Of a stretch of DNA of 64,000 bases, positions 26,380-39,511 are shown one piece after another. How positions within the stretch are numbered: the stretch's first letter is position 1; every line of letters starts with the position of its first letter. Origin of the DNA: Macrostomum hystrix (taxonomy: Eukaryota > Animalia > Platyhelminthes); assembly GCA_950097015.1 (NCBI GenBank), contig CATNEN010000001.1, positions 14,136,001-14,200,000 on the forward strand, in the 5' to 3' direction. The position numbers and the translations under genes were made by a program. The notes under the pieces were generated by a model. The model saw only the letters and a program-made list of their open reading frames with translations. It did no database searches and was not told where the DNA came from.

Positions 26380-26750
26380 GTGTCTAACAGAACAGGTGAT
26401 CACAGGCTCTCTGTCTAACAGGTGACGCTCTCCAACATGTGACGCTCTCTGTCTAAGAGGTGACGCTCTTTGTCTAACAGGTGACGCTCTCTAACATGTG
26501 ACGCTCTCTGTCTAAGAGGTGACGCTCTTTGTCTAACAGGTGACGCTCTCTAACATGTGACGCTCTCTGTTTAAGAGGTGACGCTCTTTGTCTAACATGT
26601 GACGCTCTCTGTCTAAGAGGTGACGCTCTTTTTCTAACAGGTGACGCTCTCTGTCTAACAGGTGACGCTCTCTGTCTAACAGTTGACGCTCTCTGTCTAA
26701 CAGTTGACGCTGTCGGCCTAACAAATGACGCTCTTGGTCTAACAGGTATT
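26380..26750. repeat. 21-bp minisatellite
   Basis: (ctaacaggtgacgctctctgt)n; source of the RQRASPV and ERHLLD ORFs. Confidence 0.92.
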
Positions 26751-28601
26751 TCTAACAGAAATGAATTCCAGAATGACAGATTTAGAATGACAAATGAATT
26801 CCAGAATGACAAGTGATGGACAGATTAAAACAGGACTTGATCTTCATTCATATTCACATTAGGAAATGTCAAGTAACTCACTGGAAATGCAGGCGCATCA
26901 CTGATCTAGACCACAGGTCGAAGAGAGGTAGCCACGTGGCTAGTGCACTAGGCCTAAAAATAGGCCTCAGGCCATAGTTTATCTTGCATCGGAAAAAGCA
27001 CAGACAAAAACAAAACGATGACGAGAATGATATTGAGAAATTGGTGTTATCTTGGTGTTATACAAGTCTTCAGGCGGTTGAACAGTAGGGTCAAATGAAT
27101 GACTGCACACTCGATGCTGAGAGAGTAAGTTGTTTATGTTAATCTGCGGGATTCTGCACAATTATGAAATTGTGTTGCTATTTTGTGATTAAAAATGTTC
27201 GCATCATTCTATTTCAATGCCATTTGTATCTGCCATTCTCGAAATCCTGCGTCATCAAAATCTGGACAACATCAAAATCTTACGCTATCGAAATCTCACA
27301 CTGTCAAAATGTAAGAATTCGCCCCCAAGAATTTGAAGCATTCCATTTCTCTTAAAGAAATTAAATTCTGCACAAAATGATGTAATAACCTACAGAATAA
27401 TTTCTAATTTAAATCTATATAATATCATTCTGATATCATTGAGTCGGCATTCGTGCTTTCATATCATCTACATCTAAATCTAAATCTAAATCTAAATCTA
27501 CATCTAAAAGCTACAAGCGGTGCAACAAGCTACACAAGCCGCAAATTGCTTGACGGTAGCCGCCGTAGGCGCCGCCGTTCAGCAGCGACTGGCGGCGCCG
27601 GTGGCGGAGCATCCATTCTGCAATAATGCATTAAATGCATTAAATGCAATTTAAAATTAGGGGGAAATTTCAATTAGGAAAATAGAATTCCAACTTAAAA
27701 GTAGGATTAAAGGAATAATTTCGAAAATGAGAATGACGATTGGGAGGCAATGAAAGTTGACAGTTTCCCTGAGCGAGAATTTTTTAAGTGAGCAATAACA
27801 ATAATGTGTTGTAAAGCATGCTCTGTGGAAATGTTGGCCCATTTAAATGAGCATCGGAAAGTCATAGAATTATAATGAGATTTTTTACGACCGAGCAACA
27901 ACAGTTATGTTGTTTCACAGTATAAAAGCGAGGCATAATGTGAAAGCGGAGAATATTGAAATTTAGCAGAATACAATATGCTGTAATGTGCAGAGCTGGA
28001 CAAGTGTTACTGCTAATCACAGGCTTGGGGAGGCAGTATGAGTCTGTTGTTTGTTTTATGTTTGACTTGCAGTTTTTAGGCCTCAACTCAAACAATATGA
28101 ATCTACTGCTCTCAACCCAATGCCACTAATATGTGACCTTCTATGATCATCACTAAATGAATGCACCCACATTCCATTCATGTAAAATATAGACCTCTAA
28201 GAGTATAAAGTTTTAGTGTATTATAAATAGTGAGCTATACAAGCCTTTTTTACATAGGCTGCAGAGTTTATGCGTATCTTAATAAGTCTTAATATTAGAA
28301 TAAAAAACCTGTATATTGGGTCTATACACATAGCTTATTGGCTGGCCACTCGTCATAATTGTATGGAAACAATGCATTAGTCTAAATGAAATTGGGACCC
28401 AGGAATATAAGTTCTTATTAAGATTTCCAAGCAACTACTGAGATATGGGATCTATGAGCTGGGAGCCTAGGATCAACGACTAGTGTTGCCATTGCAGTTT
28501 GGCCTTTTTTCTGTAGCCCTAAAAAATTCCGCAGGGCTTAATTCTATGATTGAATTGATAATTAGTGTAATATGTAATCCAAAGTAAACTAATTGACTAT
28601 T

Positions 28602-29210
28602 TGATGTGGAGTGTGCTGCGGGAATCGAGTGGGAATGTGAGCCAGCAGAATTTTTCAATTTTTAGGCAGTAAATAATCGCGACCCACATAGCAGCTGGCC
28701 GCAAAACAAGATCATTAATCTTAGGGCCGGGTTTGGGGCGGCGGTGAATTGAGTAGCCGACGAATCCCCTCTCCCTGGATCTGTTTTAGCCCCTGTAGGA
28801 ATGATTGATCGCGGGCCATAGCTTTATTGTATGAGCTAGTTTAGGTCATAATTCCTCTCCAAACCGCGATCAGATGTTGGGAATCACTCGGGCATTATGA
28901 GTGATCATTAATTCTTCATGTCCCCACTTCTTTACAGTATTCGAGCCCAGCTCGACTTTATGACCTTCCTCCTTTTAGATACATGTAATGTCACTGTAGG
29001 CAGGTCGGCGCCTGCGCTTCCCATTGTCCCGGCGGAGTAAAAATTGCTGGCCGACTGCCGACGGCTGTTCGCGCAGAACACCTGTCGTTTCCCGCCGCCG
29101 GTTCATTGGATGATCAGGGCGGCCTATCGCCGCCCCGATCCCTCGTTGACAGGCTGGCACGAATGTGGGTTGCTTTGATGAATGTCGAGGTTGGCGTGCT
29201 GCAGGACTAT
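28602..29210 (+). mobile_element. Truncated, diverged copy of the LTR of the element at 56815
   Basis: Begins TGATGTGGAGTGTGCTGCGGGAATCGAGTGGGA and aligns with 56815-~57422 with scattered substitutions. Confidence 0.9.
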
Positions 29211-29423
29211 TCACAGAAGCAATTACCATTCCATGGATAACAGTGATCAGTGGCTAAGATCCCACTGCGAAGGTTCGGGCACAGCAGGGCCCGGTTTAAA
29301 ATCGTTTGAAGCGCGCATCGATCGCCCTCAGTGAGGTGAGACATCAGAAGCAGCAACTCACGGCTATTTTTACACCTGCTTTATTCTTTTACTTGCACAG
29401 TCACGTCTTGCATGTTATCACGA

Positions 29424-29815
29424 AGAGTGAGAGGTGGAGTGAGAGGAAGAGGAGTGCGAGGTGGAGAGTTTAATCCTTGCATGTAGGCCCAATCTCTGTC
29501 TGTTATGTTAAACTGAAGTAGAGTGAGAGGTGGAGTGAGAGGAAGAGTGAGAGGAAGAGTGAGAGTTTAATCCTTCCATGTAGGCTCCATCTGTCTGTTA
29601 TGTTAAACTGAAGTAGAGTGAGAGGTGTAGTGAGAGGTGGAGTGAGAGGTCGAGTGGGAGGAAGAGTGAGAGGTGGAGAGAGAGGAAGAGTGAGAGGAAG
29701 AGTGAGAGGTGTAGTGAGAGGTCGAGTGGGAGTTAGAGTGAGAGGTGGAGTGAGAGGTGGAGTCAGAGGTGGAGTCAGAGGTGGAGTGAGAGGAGTGAGT
29801 GGTGGAGTGAGAGGT
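29424..29815. repeat. 12-bp purine-rich minisatellite in a probable intron upstream of the SET ORF
   Basis: (gagtgagaggtg / gagtgagaggaa)n. Confidence 0.9.
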
Positions 29816-30131
29816 TTAAGTGTAAGTTTGATTAATTATAATTATGCATGTTAATTTTTCAGACTAACAACCGCGCCGTCCCTGAAGTTGAACCCAAAGT
29901 CGATTTGTCCTTCACCGACAGCGAGGAAGAGGGCGAATTACGCGTGGATCAATCGCTTCGTATCGCCCTAGCCGTATGTGGATTAGAGGTACGTCTATTA
30001 ATACCGATTAGTGTGGCTGTATAAATTGATATAGGAGCCCAAGTTTCTCTTTGCGCAATTGTCTCTCTTTGGGGAATTTAGATTCTAAAGGGGAGATTTC
30101 GATTTAGACGGATGAGAAAGCAAATTAAAAC

Positions 30132-30698
30132 ATGTTTAACTACACCCCGCAGCCTGAGCCTGTGCCAACCGTTGAGACGAGGCCGGCTCGGAGGCTGAGC
30201 CGGTCTACCATCAATTATCATCCCCCGACAACCACTAAAGATATTACGGAACGCGTTCTGGGCATCAACGGAAAGACGGACACCGCGATCGCCGTTGCAC
30301 CTGCTGGCGAGAAGGGACTGGGCGCCTTCGCAAGAATTAACCTAGCTGTCGGGGCGTATGTCGACGAGTTCGCCGGAATCCTGCTGAACGAGCAGGAAGC
30401 GATTAGGCGGGAAGTTGAACCCAACTCTGACTGGCTTCTATTTGAATTTAAATTTAACAGTAAATTATGGGTAGTTGACGCCAGCAACAGCGATGGATTG
30501 GGGAGGTATCTCAATCATTCTGCTACTGCTCCCAACTGTAAAGCGAAGTTCATTGTCATCGACCAGGGGCTCCGACCCGTCGTTTATTTTGTGACAACCC
30601 AATATGTTTCAGCCGGCACAGAACTTACGTTCGACTACACGGCTGGTAAAAGTATTGACAGTGACGTTCTTGTTAAGAATCCATGGCTGCGAGACTAG
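30132..30698 (+). CDS. SET-domain lysine methyltransferase, KMT5A/SETD8 (PR-Set7)-like, copy 1
   Basis: EKGLGAFA, VDEFAG, EAIRRE, VVDAS, LGRYLNHS, PNCK, GTELTFDY and C-terminal NPWLRD (compare SETD8 HPWLKH). No Cys post-SET. Probable upstream exon at ~29863-29988. Confidence 0.88.
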   Translation: MFNYTPQPEPVPTVETRPARRLSRSTINYHPPTTTKDITERVLGINGKTDTAIAVAPAGEKGLGAFARINLAVGAYVDEFAGILLNEQEAIRREVEPNSDWLLFEFKFNSKLWVVDASNSDGLGRYLNHSATAPNCKAKFIVIDQGLRPVVYFVTTQYVSAGTELTFDYTAGKSIDSDVLVKNPWLRD

Positions 30699-32025
30699 GT
30701 ATATAAACATGTTTCTATGACTCGTTTAGTTTATTTTGCGTAACTTGCATCCGTGTATATGTATAACTATGTATCCTATGTATAACAGTTGGCATATAGG
30801 GCTCTTCGACATAGTCACAGAACTTGCAAGGCCGAAAGAGCTGAGGTAACGGCAGAATAAAAACTGATAAGAATGTTTAGATTTTCGACCCTGGCTACCT
30901 AGACTGTACGGGTCTCCCCAGAAGTAAAGCCTTATCTAATTAGTCTGTGCTCCCCACCGAAAATCGAAATTTGTGAACAGGGACTTTGTTTTTGGATAAG
31001 GCAAATTTTAGGGAATTTCTCACATTGATCGCTTCATATGTAGCGATGTCTATGTATATTAATTTTATTCATGTAGCTATTCTAGCTATTCCTTGATATA
31101 TTGTCGTGCAATAATTGTTAGCATTTGAATTCCTATTACAAATATTTCCCCATTTTTCCAAACATAAACGTTTGAGCTACTGCTTACCAGTTACATAGTG
31201 TACAAATTGAAAATGAAAACGCTATTGCTACTGTGCGAATAATGTCATGAATGTTAGAAAATGCTATTATTGCAATAAATAAATTGTCGGTTCTGTTTGT
31301 ACACAGTAATCAAGTGCAAGCTAAGTGTCAAAAATTGTATGTGACTGAAAGTTTCTAAAAGCTTTTAAAAGGATTTAAAAGCTTATATGTACTTTGAACT
31401 TTGTATTTGCACTTTGACCACATCCGGAAATTCCGCCTATGCGGAATTCAATATAAGGCGTATATCGTACTTGCACCAAAAAGCAAGCGAAGCAATCTAG
31501 CTCGTACTTTTGAATTTCGAGAAGCAAGAGTCAACGAAAATAAATATTGATTTATTGTAACGCAGTTTAGTATAAAGTATAATTCCGACTGTGGCTGCTT
31601 AATTTCCCGCACAAAGAGCATGAATGTGGAGTGAGGTGTTTATCTTCGTACCCAGTTGCTATCTTCTTCTTTAAATTTGCAGATAAACTGCTATAAAGCT
31701 TGGAGGATGGCTCATGCAATTTTCTGGTTAAACACGAACACGACAAGACACGACATATGACATTATGACTACAATGTCATCATATTGAATGTGAGTACAT
31801 TTTGCTACGTTCTAATATTGCATTAGCATTGTAGTGTGACAATCGCATTTTGATAAATGGTGCTATAATGGCTAAAAGTAAATATTTTTTTACCAGAGTC
31901 AATGAAAACTTACACCTGCAAACGGGTATAATTTTACCACTAGCGCTTATTTAAAGAATTAACGATTAAGGAGTAAGAATAAAGGAATAAAGGTATCACA
32001 TATAGGTAGCTTAGACGAACCTCAT

Positions 32026-32233
32026 TTATTTCTTCGCCGGTGTCGGTGAGGGAGGGCACCGGCGCCTCGGCGGCGTAAAGTTAGTGGCCGCCCCGGCCCC
32101 CTCCTTTGCCTTCCACCACTGGACTTTAGACTTCGGGCCCACCGTGGTGGGCAGCAGCTGCCACGGGCTGCTGGGCTGCGGCTGCTGCTGCTGTTGTTGT
32201 TGCTGCTTTTGCGATTCAGACTTCAGCGGCTGC

Positions 32234-32273
<40 letters not shown>

Positions 32274-32275
32274 GC
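32026..32275 (-). CDS. polyQ/WWK microprotein family, copy 1 (no in-frame ATG seen; possibly an internal exon or pseudogene)
   Basis: Q-run-PLKSESQKQQQQQQQPQPSSPWQLLPTTVGPKSKVQWWKAKEGAGAATNFTPPRRRCPPSPTPAKK*; not in the ORF track; homologous to 35833 and 54801. Confidence 0.55.
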
Positions 32276-32869
32276 TAATCTGCACGTCGCATCAAAGCTG
32301 TTCCTTCTTGTTCCACTCCTTCTTCAGCCACTCCCAGTACCTGAGGGCCCCGGACTTCTTCTTCTTCTTCTTCTTCTGGGCTAACGAGGGCCCCGGACTA
32401 CGGGACAATTATACACGTATTTTTATTAGGCTTAACTTTATTGCTAAGGGGATTAAATATTCGAAAAACATGATTTTTCAAAGGTCAAACCATCTTGGAC
32501 TATTGAGAATTTTACTCACTGCCACTGAATTAGAATTGCAACAACCCCTAGCTGATTGAATTTGAAGCCTGCACTCTGGAGACAAATTTGAAATAAATGT
32601 ACACAACCAATCGCGAGACTGAGTGTACTCTATTTTCTTACTTCATTGTACAAAGCCAGAACTTTGAGAATTCATTTTATAAGGCTGATTTCTGCACCCA
32701 CTAACCAACAGTCGGAATAGCCGATGTGTAGGCACTAGGAATAGGTTAGGCTAGGCTAGGGTTCGATTCTGCACTGCGTCAAATCATTTAGACCAATTTT
32801 CAGCCAGTAGTGATTGAAGACTATTTTAATTTATTTTTTTCATTTCGTAAATAAAATATCATAAATCAT

Positions 32870-33185
32870 AGCAAATCTGAGTTTGAATCATTGCAACAAT
32901 AGAGTCTGAATCATGGCTAAACCAGAGTCTGAATCATGGCTAAACCAGCGTTTCAATCATGGCTAAACCAGGGTTTGAATCATGGCTAAACAAGCGTCTG
33001 AATCATGGCAAAACCAGAGTTTGAATCATTTAGTGAGATTGAAGGACATTGGATTGTTATGGGAGAGAAAGGGTGAGATTGGGTTAGATTGAGTGAGATT
33101 GGGTTAGATTGAGTGAGATTAAGTGAGATTGGGTGAGATAGAGTGAGGTTGAGTGAGATGGGTGAGGTGGCGTTAGGTGAGGTGG
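32870..33185. repeat. 23-bp tandem repeat followed by ~10-bp TGAGTGAGAT-type repeats
   Basis: (gaatcatggctaaaccagagtct)n then (tgagtgagat / tgggttagat)n. Confidence 0.85.
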
Positions 33186-33617
33186 CAAACAAAGCGTTTC
33201 TTTAGGGTAGCATATAGATAGCTTACATTGTAACTTGGCTAGCTGTCTAAAGCGGATACATGCACCCAAAATCTTTTTTCCAACAACTATAAGCAACAAA
33301 GCGGAAGCGGCCAAGAGTAATATTAACTGCTTCCTCTTAGAGGCTGTGCCAGACACTGGGACCATGAAGTTTGATAGCCGAAATACAACTGAATCCCTAA
33401 AGGTAAATCTATGATTCAAGACAGTGACTGGTAGTTCTATGGGAGACAGTGGGTATCTCGTAGATTTTCTAGGTAGCTAGCTTATAGCTAGAAAGACAGT
33501 TACTATAGCAACACTTTATTGCGGAGACTGGCTAGATTGTCTAGCTATGGGACACGCTGTCTAGATTGATTATTCACGGGAGACAAGCTAATCGCAAACT
33601 CATTTATTCTTACCAGC

Positions 33618-34247
33618 CCGTCGATGACCTGAGCGGTCTAGACGCCTTGGACTTCACCGTGATGCGCCGTGAATTCGGTGACCTCCAATCTTACGACAGC
33701 GCTGCCCTCTTCGATCTCTATAAGCCGGTTGCCGACGAAGATGCCACGGGGGCCATGAGCGCATCGGAGTGCTTCGCAGGCAAAAATGAGCAGCAGAAGC
33801 AGGGAAGTCGGTCCTCTGGCGATACCATCAGGTCCATCGGACAGCAACAGCAACAGCAGCAGCTGCCTCCGATTGATAGCTTCCTTTGCTTGGTTCCTTC
33901 GAATCTCCCAACGCATGTGCAGCCGCCGGCGCCAGGCGTCAGAAAAAGAATAAGTAAGCAGCGATGCGGTTAGTGTTTTTGAGCTGCAGAAACTTGGGAT
34001 TTGGGAATCTTTAGTGTATTGGGGATTACGGGATATAAGTTAGCCCAGGTTCAGGGGCGGTTTACAGATTTGTGGAAATGGCAAGTGATTCTGGGGCTTG
34101 GGATTTAAAGTGTTAGCTATCTCATTAAACATTTTTGCATTGTTGAAACAATTGGCTATCAAAACTAAACATTGCCCAATGACAGACAAGAAGTTGCTGC
34201 TGTGGGAGTTTATCTACCAGTTACTGGAAGCTCCGCCGTCTGACCTA
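33618..34247 (+). pseudogene. Truncated ETS-family transcription factor gene (N-terminal region plus ETS helix 1 only)
   Basis: Intron 33969-34185 (G|gttagt…gacag|AC) joins …RKRISKQRC to DKKLLLWEFIYQLLE, matching the ETS LW(E/Q)FLxxLL helix. The sequence switches to a dispersed repeat at ~34250. Confidence 0.6.
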
Positions 34248-34249
34248 CA

Positions 34250-35120
34250 ACAAACAAAACAAAAAGATCATTCAACATTGTTGCGAGCGCAGCCGTGGAA
34301 CTCCATTGACATGACATGGAGTACGTGAAGGTCGCTGTCGTTATCTAACCTGCTAAACTCGGCCAGATACAGCTCGCCGGGATGCTGGGCCAACTGCTAC
34401 TCGACGCTGAGTAGCTGACTGAATTAGAATAGACACTAATATCAATGTCATCCGCAGCTTCCGTTTCTTGACACGCCTGACCGTGTACCAGGCGTCAGGT
34501 GTTCATGGAGAACGTCTGGAAAAAATATGGAATGTTTCAGACCCAATTTACATATTTATCATTTGTCTATAACGATTGCCTGTAAGCAGATGGGAAGCAT
34601 GCGAATCTTTTAAGTGAGCTAGCTTAAGGGTCGGAGCGTAAATGTTAGTAGCAGCTTAGTATAAATGTTAGTAGAAATGAAAAATGAACTTTTGCTACGA
34701 ATTGTAGCAAACTCTTAGCTACAGGGACACAGAGGTCAGATGGGAAGCATGCGAATCTTTTAAGTGTTAGCCAGCTTAAGGGTCGGAGTGTAAATGTTAG
34801 TAGCAGCTTAGTATAAATGTTAGTAGAAATGAAAATAATGTACTTTTGCTACGAATTGTAGCAAAGCAGGCAAGCAAAGCAAGTGAGCAAGTGCAGGAAC
34901 ACGAAGCAAGGAGTGCTCGATAAATATGTTGGTTATCATGCTAAGCTAAAGCTAAGAAGCTAAACATTTAGGCTGTGCATCAAGCTAATAAATAAATATG
35001 AGTGAAATAAAGGAAGACAACAAGCAAAGATGTATTCCAAAATATCTTATGACGAAGTTATAACGAAGACGAAGTCCAAAATAAATGCGTCTGAAATGAC
35101 GAAGTGGGAGGTTTCGAGGT
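34250..35120. repeat. Segment duplicated at ~53640-54375; contains an internal ~150-bp duplication (34585-34870)
   Basis: Near-identical sequence gcagccgtggaactccattgacatgacatgg… through …gaggtttcgaggtg. Confidence 0.9.
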
Positions 35121-35832
35121 GCGTGCCAATTAAAGTGCATCTCAGTGTTAGGCATGCGACAAAAATAGCATAATGGAAACTTGTAAGTGCAGTAAGTTAA
35201 CAAAAAATGATTAGATAAATAAAAAAACAACTGAAATAACAATAAGTACATCAATAGTTTCCCGATTTTCCATATAATTTGCTGAATTGTTGGACTGTGC
35301 ATGTACATGCTCGCTCTGCCATCCAGATACTATATTATGACCGTTGAGACCCAAAGCAGCTCGTTATTGGACAGCATGCATGTGGAGTGAGGGGTTATCT
35401 TCGTACGCAGTTGCTACCTGCTTCTTTAAATTTGCAGATAAACTTGCTATAAAGCTTGTAGGATGGTTCATGCAATTTTCTGGTTAAACGCGAACACGAC
35501 AAGACACGACACATAACATTATGGCTGCAATCATATTGAATGTGAGTACATTTTGCTACGTTGTACTATTGCATTAGCATTGTGGTGTGACAATCGCATT
35601 TTGATAAATGGATAAATGATAATTCATAAATGGTGCTATAATAGCTAAAAGTAAATATTGTTTTACCAGAGTCAATGAAAACTTACACATGCAAACGGGT
35701 ATAATTGTACGCTTGGCGCTTATTTAAGGAATTAACGATTAAGGATTAAGAATTAAAGACTAAAGGTATCACATATAGGCAGCTTTGACAAACCATTTTA
35801 TTTTTTCACCGGATTAAGAAAAGGATTAAGGA

Positions 35833-36093
35833 TTAAGAATTAAAGACTAAAGGTATCACATATAGGCAGCTTAGACAAACCATTTTATTTTTCACCGATG
35901 AGGGAGGGCACCAGGGCGCCTTCGGCGGCGTGAAATTGGTGGCCGCCCCGGCCCCTCCCTTTATTTTCCACCACTGGATCTTAGTGCCAGTGCCCACCGT
36001 TGTTGGCTGTAGCGACCAGGGGCTGTGCTGCTGCTGCTGTTGCTGCAGCTTTTCCTGCTGCTGCGGCTGCTGATTCTGCTGATTCTGAGACAT
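35833..36093 (-). CDS. polyQ/WWK microprotein family, copy 2
   Basis: MSQNQQNQQPQQQEKLQQQQQQHSPWSLQPTTVGTGTKIQWWKIKGGAGAATNFTPPKAPWCPPSSVKNK…; the C-terminus runs past the stop used by the other copies. Confidence 0.6.
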   Translation of the reverse strand: MSQNQQNQQPQQQEKLQQQQQQHSPWSLQPTTVGTGTKIQWWKIKGGAGAATNFTPPKAPWCPPSSVKNKMVCLSCLYVIPLVFNS

Positions 36094-36729
36094 AATCACA
36101 AGATTTGTGTAAGACAAGACAAGTACACCTCCAATTCTTTGAAATCTAATTGATTTGTGTAAGACAAGACAAGACAAGTACACCTCAAATTCTTTGAAAT
36201 CGAATTGATCCTTTTCTCTGAAAATTGAAAAGTGAATAAGTAAAAGTAAAGGTATAGCAAAAGTAGAAGTGAATAAGAGTAAAATAAGTGTATCAAGGGT
36301 GTTTTAAATGTTCCAATGGATTTAAGGTAGTTAAAAGGATGGTAAAAGTGTATAGCTTGGTTTCACTAGCTAGAGAAACCTAGCTTTTAGCTCAATGCTC
36401 CTGAGCTGCAGCTCATTGCTCATGGATGATGTCAGAGCCATTTCAGCTAAAAGCTTAAAAGAAAAGTGAAATGTCGCTACAAATAATTGAAGAGCCTGAA
36501 AGGAATTATGGATTCAAGAAAGTGAAAGCTGTTAAAAGGATGGTAAAAACTTAGCAAACTGCAGTGAGGGATAGTACATCTTAACAGGTCCTTATCACAC
36601 AAGCTGGAATGGTGGCTTTGCTTGCTATCTTCAGGCTGGCATCTGAGAACTGGTAAGGCTTGGCTAATCATTTGTTGTAAAGTGTTTGCTAGCTACCCAA
36701 CCCAAAATTGTTGGTTAGCTCCTGCAAAG

Positions 36730-38420
36730 CAATAACAATTGATCCCAATGTACACTAGAGTTATATAACTTTGCTCAGAAATTTCCTTATAATGACTATT
36801 TATTTATCAACTTTATTTTACCAGGTCTTTATCACACTGGCTCACTAGCTGGAATTGTGGCATCTGGTTGTCTTCACTCTCATGGTATAGCTAAGGGCAT
36901 ATGAGAACTAATCACATAGGATCAAAGGCTATGGTAAGTGCTTAAGTACATAATCATTTTTAGTGTTAGCCCAACCCAGCCCAAGATACCAACACACAAT
37001 TGCTGGTTGCTTGAGCTCTTAGTTTTGATAATGCATGCACAGTAGTTTGCCTTCAGCTATTGGTTGTGATACTGCATGAGCAGTTAGTTTGCCTTGAAAC
37101 TGCTGTTTATGAAATTCTCTCCTCTCCTCTTCTCCTCCCCCTCCTCTTCTCCTCTCCTCTCCCCCTCTCCCCTCCTTTCCTCTGCTCTTCTTTCCTCTCT
37201 TCTTTCCTCTCCTCTCCCCCCTCCTCTCCCCCTCTCCCCTCCTTTCCTCTGCTCTTCTTTCCTCTCTTCTTTCCTCTCCTCTTCTCTCCTGCCTTTATTC
37301 TCCTCTTCTTTTCTTGTTTCTATAAGCAATATAAGTGATCCTAGTGTACACTAGAGTTATTTGGTCTAGTACAGTTATATAACTTTGCTATGAAATTTCC
37401 TTATAATGACTATTTATTTATCAACTTTATTTTACCAGGTCTTTATCACACTGGCTCACTAGCTGGAATTGTGGCATCTGGCTGTCTTCACTCTCATGGC
37501 ATAGCTAAGGGCATATGAGAACTAATCACATATGATTAAAGGCTATGGTAAGTGCTTGAGTACATAATCATTTTTAGTGTTAGCCCAACCCAGCCCAAGA
37601 TACCCAACACACAATTGCTGGTTGCTTGAGCTCTTAGTTTTGATAATGTATGCACAGTAGTTTGCCTTGAGCTATTGGTTTTGATACTGCATGAGCAGTT
37701 AGTTTGCCTTGAAACTGCTGTTTATCAAATTCTCTCCTCTTCTCTTCTCCTCTCCCCCCTCCTCTTCTCCTCTCCTCTCCCCCTCCTCTCCCCCTCTACC
37801 CTCCTTTCCTCTGCTCTTCTTTCCTCTCTTCTTTCCTCTCCTCTCCCCCCCTCCTCTCCCCCTCTCCCCTCCTTTCCTCTGCTCTTCTTTCCACTCTTCT
37901 TTCCTCTCCTCTTCTCTCCTGCCTTTATTCTCATCTTCTCTTCTTGTTTCTACAAGCAATATAAGTGATCCTAGTGTACACTAGAGTTATTTGGTCTGGT
38001 ACAGGTATATAACTTTGCTCTGAAATTTCCTTATAATGACTATTTATTTATCAACTTTATTTTACCAGGTCTTTATCACACTGGCTCACTAGCTGGAATT
38101 GTGGCATCTGGTTGTCTTCACTCTCATGGTATACCTAAGGGCATATGAGAACTAATCACATATGATTAAAGGCTATGGTAAGTGCTTGAGTACATAATCA
38201 TTTCTCAGTGTTAGCCCAACCCAGCCCAAGATACCCAACACACGAATTTTTTGCTGGTTGCTTGAGCTCTCAGTTTTGATAATGCACGCACAGCAGTTTG
38301 CCTTGAGCTATTGGTTTTGATACTGCATGAGCAGTTGTTTGCCTTGAAACTGCTGTTTATGAAATTCCTCTAGCTAATGACTATTTATTTATGAACACTA
38401 TTTTCCCCCAGGTCTTTATA
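36730..38420. repeat. Tandem array of ~3 x ~620-bp units, two with CT-rich tracts; partial copy at ~55710-55970
   Basis: gtacactagagttat…aaatttccttataatgactatt…gcccaacccagcccaagatacc… repeated at ~36750, ~37346 and ~37976. Confidence 0.92.
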
Positions 38421-39511
38421 ACACTAGCTAGAATTGTGGCATTGCTAGCTATCTTTACTGAGTTATCTGATGTACTAGAGTGTACACTTGAGCTATCAGA
38501 TCTTGTACATTTATGCTCAAGCCCCATACACAGTTCATACCAGCCCTGTATAATTACCTCAATTGTGGTCCTATTTAACCTAATATAGCTAACAATCCTT
38601 TATAAGCTCTTATCAGCCTTCTGCCCCTTCTTGCCTAGCTATAGATCTAAATACAAACAGCAAACCAACTGTCTCACCTCTCACACCTAACAGGACAAGG
38701 AGAGCCTATCTAACAGGACAAGGAGTCCCAAGAATCCTAGTCTGGTGTTGAAGCTGAATGGCCAACAATCAACAACAACCAAAAAGACATGATTGACTAA
38801 CTGTGAATAAACTAATCTTGTTCTGAATGCCTTTATGAATATTGATTAAACTGAGGCCCTCTTTTTATCCCTAGTTGACATTTCAAAATTTGCTAATATA
38901 GATAAACACAGAACTTGAGCTGCTATAAGAGACTTAAAGGTAAAATGGTAAAAATGAGCCTTCTGTAAAAACTGTAGCTACAGTGCATAAATATTTCAGA
39001 ACCTATACACAAACTTCATAAGAACACACTTTGCTGCTGTATTCATATAACATACTCTAAATACAAATGCCAACTCAAATAATTATGACATGGCTGAAAT
39101 TCCTAGCAATTAAATGCTTGAAATAATAATTAGCTTTGCAAAATAAACTTTTCCTATGTTTCGTGAAGAAATGGCAGGAAAAAATCTCATGAGTCTTTGT
39201 ATTTATTTCGTCTTGTCTAATTAATTTCAGTGTCAACTTATGTTTATCGGTTTGAAATTTCACACGTGCATTAGATTAACGGAGAAGTGAAAGTGAAAGT
39301 GAAAACAAAGGTTTGCAGTGCATTGCAGCTTAAAAAGTGATTTGCTCAAGCCAAAATAAATGTGAATTCTCAAATTCTACGTTTGAGAAATATGTGATAT
39401 ATGAAATATGTTTATGATTTTCTAACTATTGCTGTGTGACTGGCTTTTTGAAGGACAAAAACACTTTTTCACTGGCTGGTATAAACTCGGCCGGTCGATT
39501 TCGAAATTTCG

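Noticed and set aside
26474-26812. RQRASPV / ERHLLD repeat proteins
   Set aside because: 21-bp minisatellite open in several frames.
32084-32559. Poly-Cys and poly-Leu ORFs (also 54844-55041)
   Set aside because: Antisense reading of the CAG/CAA polyQ tract of the microprotein.
37060-37984. Hydrophobic Leu/Ser/Pro and Glu/Arg-rich ORFs
   Set aside because: CT-rich simple-sequence tracts within the ~620-bp tandem unit.
39365-39392. Paired Su(H)/CSL sites upstream of HES (TTCTCAAA…TTTGAGAA)
   Set aside because: Both mismatch the GTGRGAA core, and orientation and spacing do not fit a canonical paired site.
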